Origin: a bacterium
GTDB lineage: Bacteria > Auribacterota > UBA6266
DNA length: 64,000 nucleotides
Reading direction: 5' to 3'
NCBI GenBank assembly: GCA_023228325.1
Contig: JALOBK010000001.1
Location: 1,667,744-1,731,743, forward strand
Part shown: in pieces, positions 1 to 11,360 of the stretch
Position numbering within the stretch: the first letter of the stretch is position 1
How the letters are laid out: each line of letters begins with the position of its first letter
Notes under the pieces: generated by a model
Databases searched by the model: none
The model's input: only the letters and a program-made list of their open reading frames with translations
Told to the model about the DNA's origin: nothing
Position numbers and translations under genes: made by a program

Positions 1-1
1 A

Positions 2-1810
<1,809 letters not shown>

Positions 1811-1827
1811 TTTTGCGCGGATTTATT

Positions 1828-2451
1828 ATGATAAAAATCATTAAGATTGTAAATGGCCCGCTCGAAACTAATTGTTATCTGATATTTTGCGCGGATACCC
1901 GGCGGACGGTAATACTGGATCCGTTTGACTATATGTATGTCGAGGAAATTATCGCTAAAAACGGGTTGGAGCCGGAGATTATCGTGAATACGCACTTTCA
2001 TGCGGATCACACTGCCGGCAACGGGGCATTGAAACGGCGTTTCAATATCCCCATAGCGATTCATGAGGATGACGCCGAGCTGCTTGTTTCCGGTTATAAA
2101 ATCCTGGAAATTTACGGCATTAAAACCGAAGCGTCGCCTCCGGCCGATATTCTTTTATCCGAAGGAAAAAAAATCGTATTCGGAGGCGAAAGTATGGATG
2201 TCATACATACGCCGGGACATTCGCCGGGAAGCATATGTTTGTATTACCCGGAAAAAATACTTTTTTCAGGTGATACATTATTCGCGTCGGGAGTGGGCAG
2301 GACAGACCTTCCCGGAGGGGATACGGAAAGCCTGAGCTTGTCGGTAAAAACAAAGATATTCGCTTTACCCGGAAGTGTGACAGTCTATCCCGGGCACGGC
2401 GGCGACACTTCGATAAAAACCGAAAAAAAATACGGAACGGATATTTTGTAA
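1828..2451 (+). CDS. MBL-fold metallo-hydrolase (glyoxalase II-like)
   Basis: HFHADHTAGN (HxHxDH) motif and HTPGHSPGS. The start is more likely MIKIIKIVNGPLETNCYLI at 1828 than the track start at 1807. Confidence 0.8.
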   Translation: MIKIIKIVNGPLETNCYLIFCADTRRTVILDPFDYMYVEEIIAKNGLEPEIIVNTHFHADHTAGNGALKRRFNIPIAIHEDDAELLVSGYKILEIYGIKTEASPPADILLSEGKKIVFGGESMDVIHTPGHSPGSICLYYPEKILFSGDTLFASGVGRTDLPGGDTESLSLSVKTKIFALPGSVTVYPGHGGDTSIKTEKKYGTDIL

Positions 2452-2453
2452 CC

Positions 2454-3407
2454 GTGGCTGACAATAAAATAAAAATTCCGGTTGATACAGTAAGCGAAAA
2501 ATCACATTCCCTCGTTATACTGGTGAATGAGTTCATAAATTATCTTCTGGTTGAAAGATCTCTTGCCATAAACAGCATTGAAGCTTATAAAGGCGATCTG
2601 AAAAGATTTATTATTTTCCTTGAAAAGAAAAAGATTGCCGATTTTTCTTCATGCGAGCGCGAAATAATCGTCGATTTTCTGTTAAATGAGAAAAACAGGG
2701 GATCTTCGACATTATCTGTTTCCCGGGCGCTGGTATCAATAAAAATGCTGTTCAGGTTTTTGGTGATGGACAGGTATTTAAAGGAAGATGTTTCGGAAAT
2801 TATCGAGTCTCCGAGAATCTGGAAATCCCTTCCGTCAGTAATGAGCGAAAAGGAAGTCACTAAACTGCTGAATTCTGCCAAAGGCGAAGACCCCAATGAT
2901 TTAAGAGACAGGGCGATTCTTGAAGTGATGTATGCTACCGGCCTTCGTATAAGCGAAGTGGCTAACCTTAAAACTTGCGATATAAATTTTGAAATAGGCA
3001 TTCTGAAGTGTAAAGGGAAAGGCAATAAAGAACGCATCGATCCGATAGGGAAAAGGGCGATAAGCTCCGTTAAAAAGTATATTGAAAAATCCCGCCCTCA
3101 GATAGCATTGTCTTCCTCAAAACTTCCGCCGCCCGAACTTTTCATAACAAGGTTCGGAACAAAATTCACAAGACAGGGTCTTTGGAAGATAATCAAATCC
3201 TATGCGAAAAAAGCGGGCATAAAGAAAAACATAACACCCCATACTTTGAGGCATTCCTTTGCTTCACACCTTCTTGCCAACGGAGCGGATCTGAGGGTTG
3301 TCCAGGAGATGTTGGGCCATGCCGATATATCAACTACTCAGAACTATATTCATGTTGACAGGGAAAGGCTTAAGAATATCCATAAGAAATTTCATCCGAG
3401 AGGTTAG
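2454..3407 (+). CDS. xerD: tyrosine site-specific recombinase XerC/XerD family (chromosome dimer resolution)
   Basis: C-terminal catalytic motif LRHSFASHLLANGADLRVVQEMLGHADISTTQNYIHV and an N-terminal SAM-like core-binding domain. It has a GTG start and sits among housekeeping genes, not next to a mobile element. Confidence 0.8.
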   Translation: MADNKIKIPVDTVSEKSHSLVILVNEFINYLLVERSLAINSIEAYKGDLKRFIIFLEKKKIADFSSCEREIIVDFLLNEKNRGSSTLSVSRALVSIKMLFRFLVMDRYLKEDVSEIIESPRIWKSLPSVMSEKEVTKLLNSAKGEDPNDLRDRAILEVMYATGLRISEVANLKTCDINFEIGILKCKGKGNKERIDPIGKRAISSVKKYIEKSRPQIALSSSKLPPPELFITRFGTKFTRQGLWKIIKSYAKKAGIKKNITPHTLRHSFASHLLANGADLRVVQEMLGHADISTTQNYIHVDRERLKNIHKKFHPRG

Positions 3408-3409
3408 CA

Positions 3410-6028
3410 TTGAAATTAATCACAACCCATTTGAATGCCGATTTTGATGCGTTTGCTTCTTTGATCGCGGCTTTCAAATTATATCCTGACGCGGAAATAC
3501 TGCTGCCGTCTTCTCTTGACCCGAATGTTGAAGCATTTCTGAACGCTTGTTCTGACAGCCTGAATATTCCGCTTGAGCCTGAAGTAAATGTCGAGGATAT
3601 CAAACAGGTTATACTGGTGGATTCCGCTCCCGGAAGACGGATAGGAGATGTCTATAACTGGATAATATCGGGTAAAATACCGGTTATTGTTTATGACCAC
3701 CATAAAATAAAGAAAAAGGAGTGTAATGCAAAATACCATTATTTTCCCTTTGGCGCCACTGTTACGGGGTTATGCCTTGAAATCATGAGAAAAAAGATAA
3801 AATTAAGTGTGACAGAAGCCACAGCGATGCTTCTTGGCATTTATGAGGATACAGGACATTTCAGTTACCTTTCCACAACACCTGAGGATTTTCGGGTTGC
3901 GGCTTTTCTCGTTTCAAGCGGAGCCGATATATCCATGGTGCATTCTTTTCTGGGTTCCGAGCTTGATTCGGCCCAGACAATGCTTTTAAAGGAACTTATA
4001 AGCGGTTCCGAAGAATTTACATTGGGTAATTTCCATATCAATATCGCGTCCGCTTCAATAAATGAACATGTCGCGAATTTAGGCCTTGTTGTCCACAGGC
4101 TTCGTGATATAGAGAATATAAATGTGATATTCGCCTTAATAGAAATGGATAACAGGATACATATAGTCGCCAGGAGCAACGTATCAGTGGTAAACGTTGC
4201 CGGAATACTGGAAAAATTAGGGGGAGGAGGTCACCCCACAGCGGCTTCTGTTACTTTAAAGAAAGTTATGCTGGTGGAAGCCAAGGAAAAACTTAAAAAA
4301 GCGGTTGCGGGAGAATTATCTCTGCCTGTAAAAGCGGGGGATATCATGCAGAGATATATAAAAAAGGTAAGCCCTCAATCCAGCGTCGAAAAAGCAAAAG
4401 AATTAATGGTGAGAAACTCAATGGATGAGATACCTGTTGTCCGGAGAGGAAGATTTATCGGTTTTCTTTCAAGACATGATGCCGATAAAGTAATTTTACA
4501 TGGCTTAAAGAACAGCAGTGTTGCCGATTATATGACACCTGAAAACCGCGCCGTTGCTGAAAATGCCACCGTTACCGAGATGAAAGATTATATGTTTAAA
4601 AACAGACATTCGGTTATTCCCGTTGCCGACAACAGGTCCAGGCTTGCGGGATTAATACTGAAAAACGATTTGTTGAAAATATTGCATGAAGAAGATTCGG
4701 GTTATTGTCTGCCTGTTGAAGCCGGGATAACACCGTCTTTAAGCGATATCAGGGACAGGATTGAAAATATCCCGGCCGCCGATATTAAAAAGATACTGCG
4801 TGAAGCGGGCCGCATTGCGGATGAAATGAAGTGCAATGCCTATATTGTGGGGGGCATTGTCAGGGATATCCTTTTGAAAGTCCCGAATTATGATGTGGAC
4901 ATTGTCATTGAGGATAAAGGGATAGAATTCGCGTCCCGGCTGGCGAAAAAACTGGGAGGATACTCTGTCCCTCATAAAAAATTTCTGACATCCATAGTTG
5001 CGCTTCCTTCCGGAATGAAGATAGATGTAGCGACCGCGAGAACTGAATATTATGAAAAACCGGGCGCTTTGCCGAAAATTGAATACAGTTCCATAAAAAG
5101 CGACCTGTACAGGCGCGATTTTACCATTAATGCGATGGCGGTGAAAATCAATGAAAACGGTTTTGGCCGGCTGATAGATTTTTTCGGCGGAAGAAAAGAC
5201 CTCAGGGATAAAGTGATAAGGGTAATGCATAATTTAAGTTTTGTGGATGATCCCACAAGGATATTCAGGGCAGTGAGGTTTGAACAGAGGCTGGGGTTCG
5301 GGATAGATAAACATACACAGAACCTTATAAGAAACGCGGTTGATATGAAGATGTTTGATAAAGTCGCGTATGACAGGGTAAAAAACGAAATTATTTTGAT
5401 GCTTAATGAGCCAAAGCCTCTTAACGCGATAAAAAAAATGGCGGCGTTCAATGAATTGAGGTTTATTCATCCGTCCATAAAATTCGACAGGAGAGCCGTA
5501 AATCTTTTTAGTAAAACGGAAGAAGCGCTGGCATGGTTTTCTTTTTCTCTCAATAAAAAAGAACCTTTTGCGCGGTGGCTCATCTATTTTATGGGTTTGA
5601 TAGACACCTTAAGCGTTTCCGAGACAACAGCTGTTTGCGACAGGTTTAAACTGTCTAAAAAATCGAAGGATAAAATATTAAGGTTTAAGAAAGAAGGAGG
5701 TGCAAGAATAAGATATCTGTCGCAGAAAAAAAGCCTGCTGAACAGCGAAATATATTTCAACCTGGCGGTTTATTCGATTGAATTTCTGCTTTTTCTGCTG
5801 GCAAAATCCGATACGGACACGGCAAAGCAGAGAATCATCAATTTTATCGAAAAACTCAGGAATGTAAAGCTGAGCATTACGGGAAAGACTCTGATAAAAA
5901 TGAACATTTCCCCGTCTCCTTATTTTAAAGAGGTTTTGGGGAAAATCCTGGAAGCTAAGCTTGATGGTAAACTCAGAACAAAAGAGGAAGAACTTCAATA
6001 CGCACTGAAACTCCTTAAGGAACGCTGA
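3410..6028 (+). CDS. multidomain protein: DHH/DHHA1 phosphoesterase + tandem CBS + poly(A) polymerase/CCA-adding nucleotidyltransferase head domain
   Basis: DHH motif (VIVYDHHK), a GGGH DHHA1-like motif and CBS pairs. It also has the nucleotidyltransferase head IVGGIVRDILLK...DVDIV...RRDFTINAMA typical of the tRNA nucleotidyltransferase/poly(A) polymerase family. TTG start. Confidence 0.75.
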   Translation: MKLITTHLNADFDAFASLIAAFKLYPDAEILLPSSLDPNVEAFLNACSDSLNIPLEPEVNVEDIKQVILVDSAPGRRIGDVYNWIISGKIPVIVYDHHKIKKKECNAKYHYFPFGATVTGLCLEIMRKKIKLSVTEATAMLLGIYEDTGHFSYLSTTPEDFRVAAFLVSSGADISMVHSFLGSELDSAQTMLLKELISGSEEFTLGNFHINIASASINEHVANLGLVVHRLRDIENINVIFALIEMDNRIHIVARSNVSVVNVAGILEKLGGGGHPTAASVTLKKVMLVEAKEKLKKAVAGELSLPVKAGDIMQRYIKKVSPQSSVEKAKELMVRNSMDEIPVVRRGRFIGFLSRHDADKVILHGLKNSSVADYMTPENRAVAENATVTEMKDYMFKNRHSVIPVADNRSRLAGLILKNDLLKILHEEDSGYCLPVEAGITPSLSDIRDRIENIPAADIKKILREAGRIADEMKCNAYIVGGIVRDILLKVPNYDVDIVIEDKGIEFASRLAKKLGGYSVPHKKFLTSIVALPSGMKIDVATARTEYYEKPGALPKIEYSSIKSDLYRRDFTINAMAVKINENGFGRLIDFFGGRKDLRDKVIRVMHNLSFVDDPTRIFRAVRFEQRLGFGIDKHTQNLIRNAVDMKMFDKVAYDRVKNEIILMLNEPKPLNAIKKMAAFNELRFIHPSIKFDRRAVNLFSKTEEALAWFSFSLNKKEPFARWLIYFMGLIDTLSVSETTAVCDRFKLSKKSKDKILRFKKEGGARIRYLSQKKSLLNSEIYFNLAVYSIEFLLFLLAKSDTDTAKQRIINFIEKLRNVKLSITGKTLIKMNISPSPYFKEVLGKILEAKLDGKLRTKEEELQYALKLLKER

Positions 6029-6168
6029 GAGAAGTAAATTTGTATTTCGAATCTCGTGTTTCGTATTTAAAGTTTGTTCTGTTATAGTCATTGACAAATA
6101 TTTTTACGGTTGATATTCTGTAATCCGTTTAACTACAATATTATGTATATATAAAACAGGGAGGATGG

Positions 6169-6837
6169 ATGTTTATTGTAATCGGTTTGCCGATAATACT
6201 GATGTCGATAATATTTCACGAAGTTGCCCATGGCTGGGCGGCCTATAAATGCGGAGATCCGACGGCTAAAAATGCGGGAAGGCTGACTTTGAACCCGCTT
6301 GCCCACATAGACCTGCAGGGAACAATCATCATTCCGGGTATATTGATAGCTATGAATTTTCTTACGAAAGCCACTGTTCCGGTTATAGGATGGGCTAAAC
6401 CGGTTCCTATAAATCCGGCCTATTTCCGCGACTGGAAAAAGGGAATGGGTATTACAGGGATTGCCGGGCCTCTGACAAATATTGTTATCGCTCTTATCCT
6501 TTCTTTTATGCTGAGGATTTTGTTGATTTCCGGATTTATTTTTAAGGATATGCCCGTGCTTAGTGTTGTGATAGAACAGTTGTCCAAAGCTATCGCTTTT
6601 GCGGGGCTGATAAATATTGTTCTTGCGGTGTTTAATATGATTCCCATCCCCCCTCTCGACGGTTCGAGAGTAGTGGTGTCTTTCCTGCGGCCGGACCAGA
6701 TTCAGGGTTATCTGCGTATTGAACCTTATGGGATAATGATAGTATTCGGGCTTATTATTCTCGGAGGATTCAGGATATTGTGGCCTGTCGTTACGCTGCT
6801 GTTTTCGGTTATTTTCGGTGTTCCGATTTCATTTTAA
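6169..6837 (+). CDS. site-2 protease family (M50) membrane metalloprotease
   Basis: HEVAHGWAAYKCGD HExxH motif in the first TM segment, a polytopic membrane protein, and an LDG motif (PPLDGSRV). Confidence 0.75.
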   Translation: MFIVIGLPIILMSIIFHEVAHGWAAYKCGDPTAKNAGRLTLNPLAHIDLQGTIIIPGILIAMNFLTKATVPVIGWAKPVPINPAYFRDWKKGMGITGIAGPLTNIVIALILSFMLRILLISGFIFKDMPVLSVVIEQLSKAIAFAGLINIVLAVFNMIPIPPLDGSRVVVSFLRPDQIQGYLRIEPYGIMIVFGLIILGGFRILWPVVTLLFSVIFGVPISF

Positions 6838-6855
6838 AATGAGGAGTATTTAAAA

Positions 6856-7842
6856 ATGGTTTCGAAAAAAAGGGTTTTAAGCGGTATTCAACCCTCGGGT
6901 CGCTTCCATCTGGGTAATTATTTTGCGATGATAAAAAAGATGGTGGAATATCAGAATAACAGCGAACTGTTTTGCTTTATTGTGGATTTGCACGCTTTAA
7001 CTACGGTAAGTGACGGGAATCAACTTTCGGAATACACCAATGAAGCCGCGGTTTCGCTGCTTTCTTTGGGAATTGACCCCCGCATATCCCATCTGTGGGT
7101 GCAATCCGACATTCCTGAAGTTACGGAACTGGCATGGATATTATCCAATATAACGCCTCTCGGACTGATGGAACGCTGTCATTCTTATAAGGATAAGGTC
7201 GCAAAAGGGATAAAGCCGAACGCGGGGCTTTTTATTTATCCGATACTTATGGCGGCGGACATATTGCTTTTCCGGTCGAATCTTGTTCCCGTAGGAAAAG
7301 ACCAGAAACAGCATCTTGAGGTCGCGAGGGATATCGCTTTGAAATTCAATTCTGTTTACGGCGATATCTTTACGGTCCCCGAACCCCTGATTGACAAAAA
7401 TGTCGCCGTGGTGCCGGGAATTGACGGACAGAAGATGTCGAAATCCTATGGGAATACGATTGAAATATTTGCTTCGAAAGATGATTTGAGAAAGAAAGTT
7501 ATGGGCATAGTGACGGATTCTCAGCCTGTCGAGGCAAGCAAGGACCCCGATAAATGCAATTTGTATAATATTTATAAACTTTTTGTTTCAGGCGAGGAAA
7601 ATAAAAAACTCCGGAAAAGGTATACGGACGGCGGATTAAAGTACGGAGATGTGAAAAGAGAACTGTCGGAGATAATATGGGATTATTTTAAAGAGGCCAG
7701 GGAAAAAAGGGAAACCCTTTTACAAGATAAAGGTTATATCGATAAAATACTTAAAGAAGGCGCAAGCAGGACACGGGAAGTAGCGGTTGAAACATTGAAA
7801 AGCGTTAAGAATGCGGCAGGTTTAAGCGTAAGAATGCTTTAA
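6856..7842 (+). CDS. trpS: tryptophan--tRNA ligase
   Basis: GIQPSGRFHLGNYFA (HIGH-class motif) and KMSKS. A 328-aa length is typical for TrpS. Confidence 0.9.
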   Translation: MVSKKRVLSGIQPSGRFHLGNYFAMIKKMVEYQNNSELFCFIVDLHALTTVSDGNQLSEYTNEAAVSLLSLGIDPRISHLWVQSDIPEVTELAWILSNITPLGLMERCHSYKDKVAKGIKPNAGLFIYPILMAADILLFRSNLVPVGKDQKQHLEVARDIALKFNSVYGDIFTVPEPLIDKNVAVVPGIDGQKMSKSYGNTIEIFASKDDLRKKVMGIVTDSQPVEASKDPDKCNLYNIYKLFVSGEENKKLRKRYTDGGLKYGDVKRELSEIIWDYFKEAREKRETLLQDKGYIDKILKEGASRTREVAVETLKSVKNAAGLSVRML

Positions 7843-7862
7843 TTTCAAAAAGGTGTTTTTCT

Positions 7863-8585
7863 ATGGGAGAAGATTACAAGGTCCGGCTCGAGGTTTTTGA
7901 AGGCCCTCTTGATTTACTGCTTTACCTGATAAAGAAGGATGAGGTGGATATTTATGATATTCCGGTAGAGAAAATAACAAGACAATATCTGGAATATCTT
8001 GGATTGATGAAAATGCTTGATTTAACCATTGCCGGCGAATTTCTTGTGATGGCATCCACTCTTATGTATATAAAGTCTATGATGCTGCTTCCTCCGGAAG
8101 AAAGGGTTATAGATGAAGAAGAAGATTCCGTTGACCCCAGGGCAGATCTTGTTAAACAGCTGCTTGAGTATAAGCAGTTTAAGGAATTAGCGGATCATCT
8201 TGAGGAAAGAGAAAAGGAAAGAGTAAATATTTTTTCCAGAGCGGCTTCTGTTTCCGTCGAATCTGAAGGAGTAGAACTGTCAAATGTAAGTATATTTGAC
8301 CTTATCAGCGCGTTTTCTGATATTCTGAAGGGAGCCGGACAGGAGGATCTGCGTGAAATTTTTGAAGATAAATTTACCGTTTCAGACAAAATATCCCATA
8401 TAACCGGGGTTTTGAAAAATAATAAGAACGTTAAGTTTTCCGAGCTGTTTGAGAAGACGGCCAATAAAGGCGAGATTGTAGTTACTTTTCTGGCTGTTTT
8501 GGAGCTCATAAGATTAAAAGCCGTCAAAGCCGTTCAGAAAAAACATTTCAGTGATATTTTTATAGAAATGGTGCCAGCTGCTTAA
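7863..8585 (+). CDS. scpA: segregation and condensation protein A
   Basis: The N-terminus FEGPLDLLLYLIKKDEVDIYDIPVEKITRQYLEYL is canonical for ScpA, and it is followed by scpB. Confidence 0.9.
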   Translation: MGEDYKVRLEVFEGPLDLLLYLIKKDEVDIYDIPVEKITRQYLEYLGLMKMLDLTIAGEFLVMASTLMYIKSMMLLPPEERVIDEEEDSVDPRADLVKQLLEYKQFKELADHLEEREKERVNIFSRAASVSVESEGVELSNVSIFDLISAFSDILKGAGQEDLREIFEDKFTVSDKISHITGVLKNNKNVKFSELFEKTANKGEIVVTFLAVLELIRLKAVKAVQKKHFSDIFIEMVPAA

Positions 8586-8604
8586 AAAGCGGAGAAGGGA
8601 CGAT

Positions 8605-9159
8605 ATGGAGCAGGTAAACACAAAAGAAAATCTTAAGAATATAGTGGAGGCTGTTTTGTTCGCTTCCGCGGAACCATTGACGATTAGCGACATATTAAAA
8701 GCCTTTGAAAGCGAAGATAATCTGGGGAAAAAGGAAGTGAAAGAAGTGATAGACGCCATCAACGATGAATACAGGAATTCAGGCAAACCTTTCCTGTTTG
8801 AAGAAGTGGCAGGCGGTTTCAGGATGATTACAAGGCCTGAATACGCGGAGTATATAAAAAGGATATACCAGGCCCAGCCGTCCAGGTTGTCAAAGCCTGC
8901 CCTTGAAACGCTGGCCATTATCGCTTACAGGCAGCCGATTATCAAAGCCGATATAGAATCCATAAGAGGGGTTAATGTGGACGGCGTCATAAAAAGCCTT
9001 CTTGATAAGAATCTTATCAGGATATCGGGCAGAAAAGATGTTGTGGGACGCCCATTTGAATTTTCTACAACCGAGAAATTCCTTGAATACTTTGGCCTTA
9101 CTAATATCAAAGAGTTGCCCAGGATAGAAGAGTTGAAGCAGTTTTCTTCTTTAAAATAA
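8605..9159 (+). CDS. scpB: segregation and condensation protein B
   Basis: Winged-helix pairs with the motifs IVEAVLFASAEPLT and LETLAIIAYRQPI. Confidence 0.9.
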   Translation: MEQVNTKENLKNIVEAVLFASAEPLTISDILKAFESEDNLGKKEVKEVIDAINDEYRNSGKPFLFEEVAGGFRMITRPEYAEYIKRIYQAQPSRLSKPALETLAIIAYRQPIIKADIESIRGVNVDGVIKSLLDKNLIRISGRKDVVGRPFEFSTTEKFLEYFGLTNIKELPRIEELKQFSSLK

Positions 9160-9167
9160 CGGAGGGT

Positions 9168-10235
9168 GTGATGAAGGAATTAAAAAATCTAAGGCAGAGG
9201 ATTAATTCCGTTGATAAAAAAATAATTCAGCTGCTGAATGAGCGCGCCGGAGTTGTGCATGAAGTCGCTAAAATAAAAAAACAACATAAAGTGGAATATT
9301 ATTCGGCTTCGAGAGAAGAAGAGGTCTACAGCAATATTTCCAGGATTAACAAAGGCCTTCTTGACAAAAATTCGCTTAAAAATATCTACAGGGAGATAAT
9401 GTCCGCTTCTCTCGCGCTGGAAAAAGATATAACTGTCACTTTTTTAGGGCCTGAGGCTTCATTCACACAGATGGCTGCTTCCAAAAAGTTCGGTTCTTCC
9501 GTAAAATACCTGCCTGCGGTTTCCATTTCGGATGTTTTCAGCCTTGTTGAAAAAGGAAGCGCCGATTACGGTGTCGTGCCGATAGAGAACTCGATAGAAG
9601 GGGGAGTGACGCATACGCTGGATATGTTTATTGATTCGGACCTTAAAATATGCGCTGAAATTTATCTGGAGATAACGCATTATCTTATAGGCAATTGCGC
9701 TTTGGGTTCAATAAAGAAAATATACTCCAAGCCGGAAGTATTCGGACAATGCAGGTTATGGCTTGAAGCCAACCTTCCGGGTTTGGAATATATTCCCTCG
9801 TCCAGCACTACGGCCGCCGCCATAAGGGCCGCGAAAGAAAAACACGCCGCGGCTATTGCCAGCAGCCTTGCCGCGGAAAAATATAATATGAAAATTCTGG
9901 CAGGTTCCATTCAGGATACGGCGCATAACGAGACCAGGTTTTTGATTGTTGGAAGAAATTACAGCAAAAAAAGCAAAAAAAACAAGACTTCGGTCCTTCT
10001 TATGATAAAAGATAAAGTCGGGGCTCTTTATGAATTACTGCAGCCGTTTAAGAAGATGAAAATAAATCTTACAAAAATCGAGTCAAGGCCTTCAAGGAAA
10101 AGGGCGTGGGAATATTATTTCTTCGTTGATTTTGACGGATATGTGGAAGATGAAAAAATTAAAAAATGTGTCAGGGATATTTCCAGACACTGCAAATATG
10201 TCAAGATATTGGGATCTTATCCCAGAGTATTTTAA
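9168..10235 (+). CDS. pheA: bifunctional chorismate mutase / prephenate dehydratase (P-protein)
   Basis: An N-terminal AroQ chorismate mutase helix (LRQRINSVDKKIIQLLNERAGV), a PDT domain (TRFLIVG...ESRPS) and a C-terminal ACT domain. Confidence 0.85.
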   Translation: MMKELKNLRQRINSVDKKIIQLLNERAGVVHEVAKIKKQHKVEYYSASREEEVYSNISRINKGLLDKNSLKNIYREIMSASLALEKDITVTFLGPEASFTQMAASKKFGSSVKYLPAVSISDVFSLVEKGSADYGVVPIENSIEGGVTHTLDMFIDSDLKICAEIYLEITHYLIGNCALGSIKKIYSKPEVFGQCRLWLEANLPGLEYIPSSSTTAAAIRAAKEKHAAAIASSLAAEKYNMKILAGSIQDTAHNETRFLIVGRNYSKKSKKNKTSVLLMIKDKVGALYELLQPFKKMKINLTKIESRPSRKRAWEYYFFVDFDGYVEDEKIKKCVRDISRHCKYVKILGSYPRVF

Positions 10236-10253
10236 ATTTAAAATAAATGTTTT

Positions 10254-11360
10254 ATGATACCTCTGCCCAAAAAACATATTATTTCGCTGAATCCCTACTC
10301 ACCCGGCAAGCCGATTGAGGAGGTTAAACGTGAATTGGGTTTAAAAAAAGTAATTAAAATGGCTTCCAATGAAAACCCGCTGGGGCCCTCGCCTTTTGCT
10401 TTAAAGGCCGCTTACCGCGCTTTGAAAAAAGTCCACCTGTATCCTGAGTCCGGTTCATATTACCTGTGCCAGAAGCTTTCCGCCGCTCTTAATGTAAAAT
10501 CAGAGAACATCTGCATGGGCAACGGGTCTAACGAATTGATTCTTCTTGCCATACATTCGTATGCGTCATCTCCGGAAGACAATATAGCATATGGTTTCCC
10601 TTCTTTTATTATTTACCGGATTATAGCGCATAGTTACGGTATTAAAACGATAGAAACAGGATTGAAAAATCACAGGATAGATCTGGAAAAACTGGCGGAT
10701 TCTTTGACAGAGCATACAAAAATCGTTTTCCTGTGTAATCCCAATAATCCTATGGGAACAATGAACCGCAGGGATGAGGTTGAAGCGTTTATAGAAAAGG
10801 TGTCGTCAAAAGTTCTTATTGTAATGGATGAAGCCTATTATGAGTATGCCGATAAAAAGACTTTTCCCGACCTGGTAAAAACCTCCACGGAGAGAAAAAA
10901 TCTCATTATATTAAGGACATTTTCAAAAATGTATGGCCTGGCGGGGCTCAGAGTGGGTTACGCGGTCGGGCATAAGTCAGTAATCGAGACATTGAATAAA
11001 GCAAGGCAGCCCTTTAATGTCAATTCTGTTGCCCAATCTGCCGCTTTGGCCGCGTTAGACGACCGCGGGCATGTAGAAAGGACACTGGAGATTAATGAGG
11101 AAGGAATCGATTATATAGTTTCGAATCTGCGCGAAATGGGACTGGAATTTGTTCCGACTTCCACTAATTTCATTCTGATTAAAACAGGCGACTCAAAAAA
11201 GTTTTTTGATATGCTGCTTGAAAAGGGTATTATTGTTAGGCCGATGGGAGCTTACGGATTGAATGAATATATCAGGGTTACCGTGGGGTTGCCCGCGGAA
11301 AACAGGGAGTTCATCAAAAATTTGAAAATTGCTATGAGCCAAACCGGAGGAAATAAATGA
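10254..11360 (+). CDS. hisC: histidinol-phosphate / aromatic amino acid aminotransferase (class II PLP aminotransferase)
   Basis: PLP lysine motif RTFSKMYGLAGLRVGY. It is embedded in the aromatic amino acid operon, so it may act as the Phe/Tyr aminotransferase. Confidence 0.8.
   Translation: MIPLPKKHIISLNPYSPGKPIEEVKRELGLKKVIKMASNENPLGPSPFALKAAYRALKKVHLYPESGSYYLCQKLSAALNVKSENICMGNGSNELILLAIHSYASSPEDNIAYGFPSFIIYRIIAHSYGIKTIETGLKNHRIDLEKLADSLTEHTKIVFLCNPNNPMGTMNRRDEVEAFIEKVSSKVLIVMDEAYYEYADKKTFPDLVKTSTERKNLIILRTFSKMYGLAGLRVGYAVGHKSVIETLNKARQPFNVNSVAQSAALAALDDRGHVERTLEINEEGIDYIVSNLREMGLEFVPTSTNFILIKTGDSKKFFDMLLEKGIIVRPMGAYGLNEYIRVTVGLPAENREFIKNLKIAMSQTGGNK

Noticed and set aside
2454-3407. XerD-like recombinase as a marker of a mobile element
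   Set aside because: It is translationally coupled between housekeeping genes with no flanking repeats or cargo. Interpreted as the chromosomal dimer-resolution recombinase.
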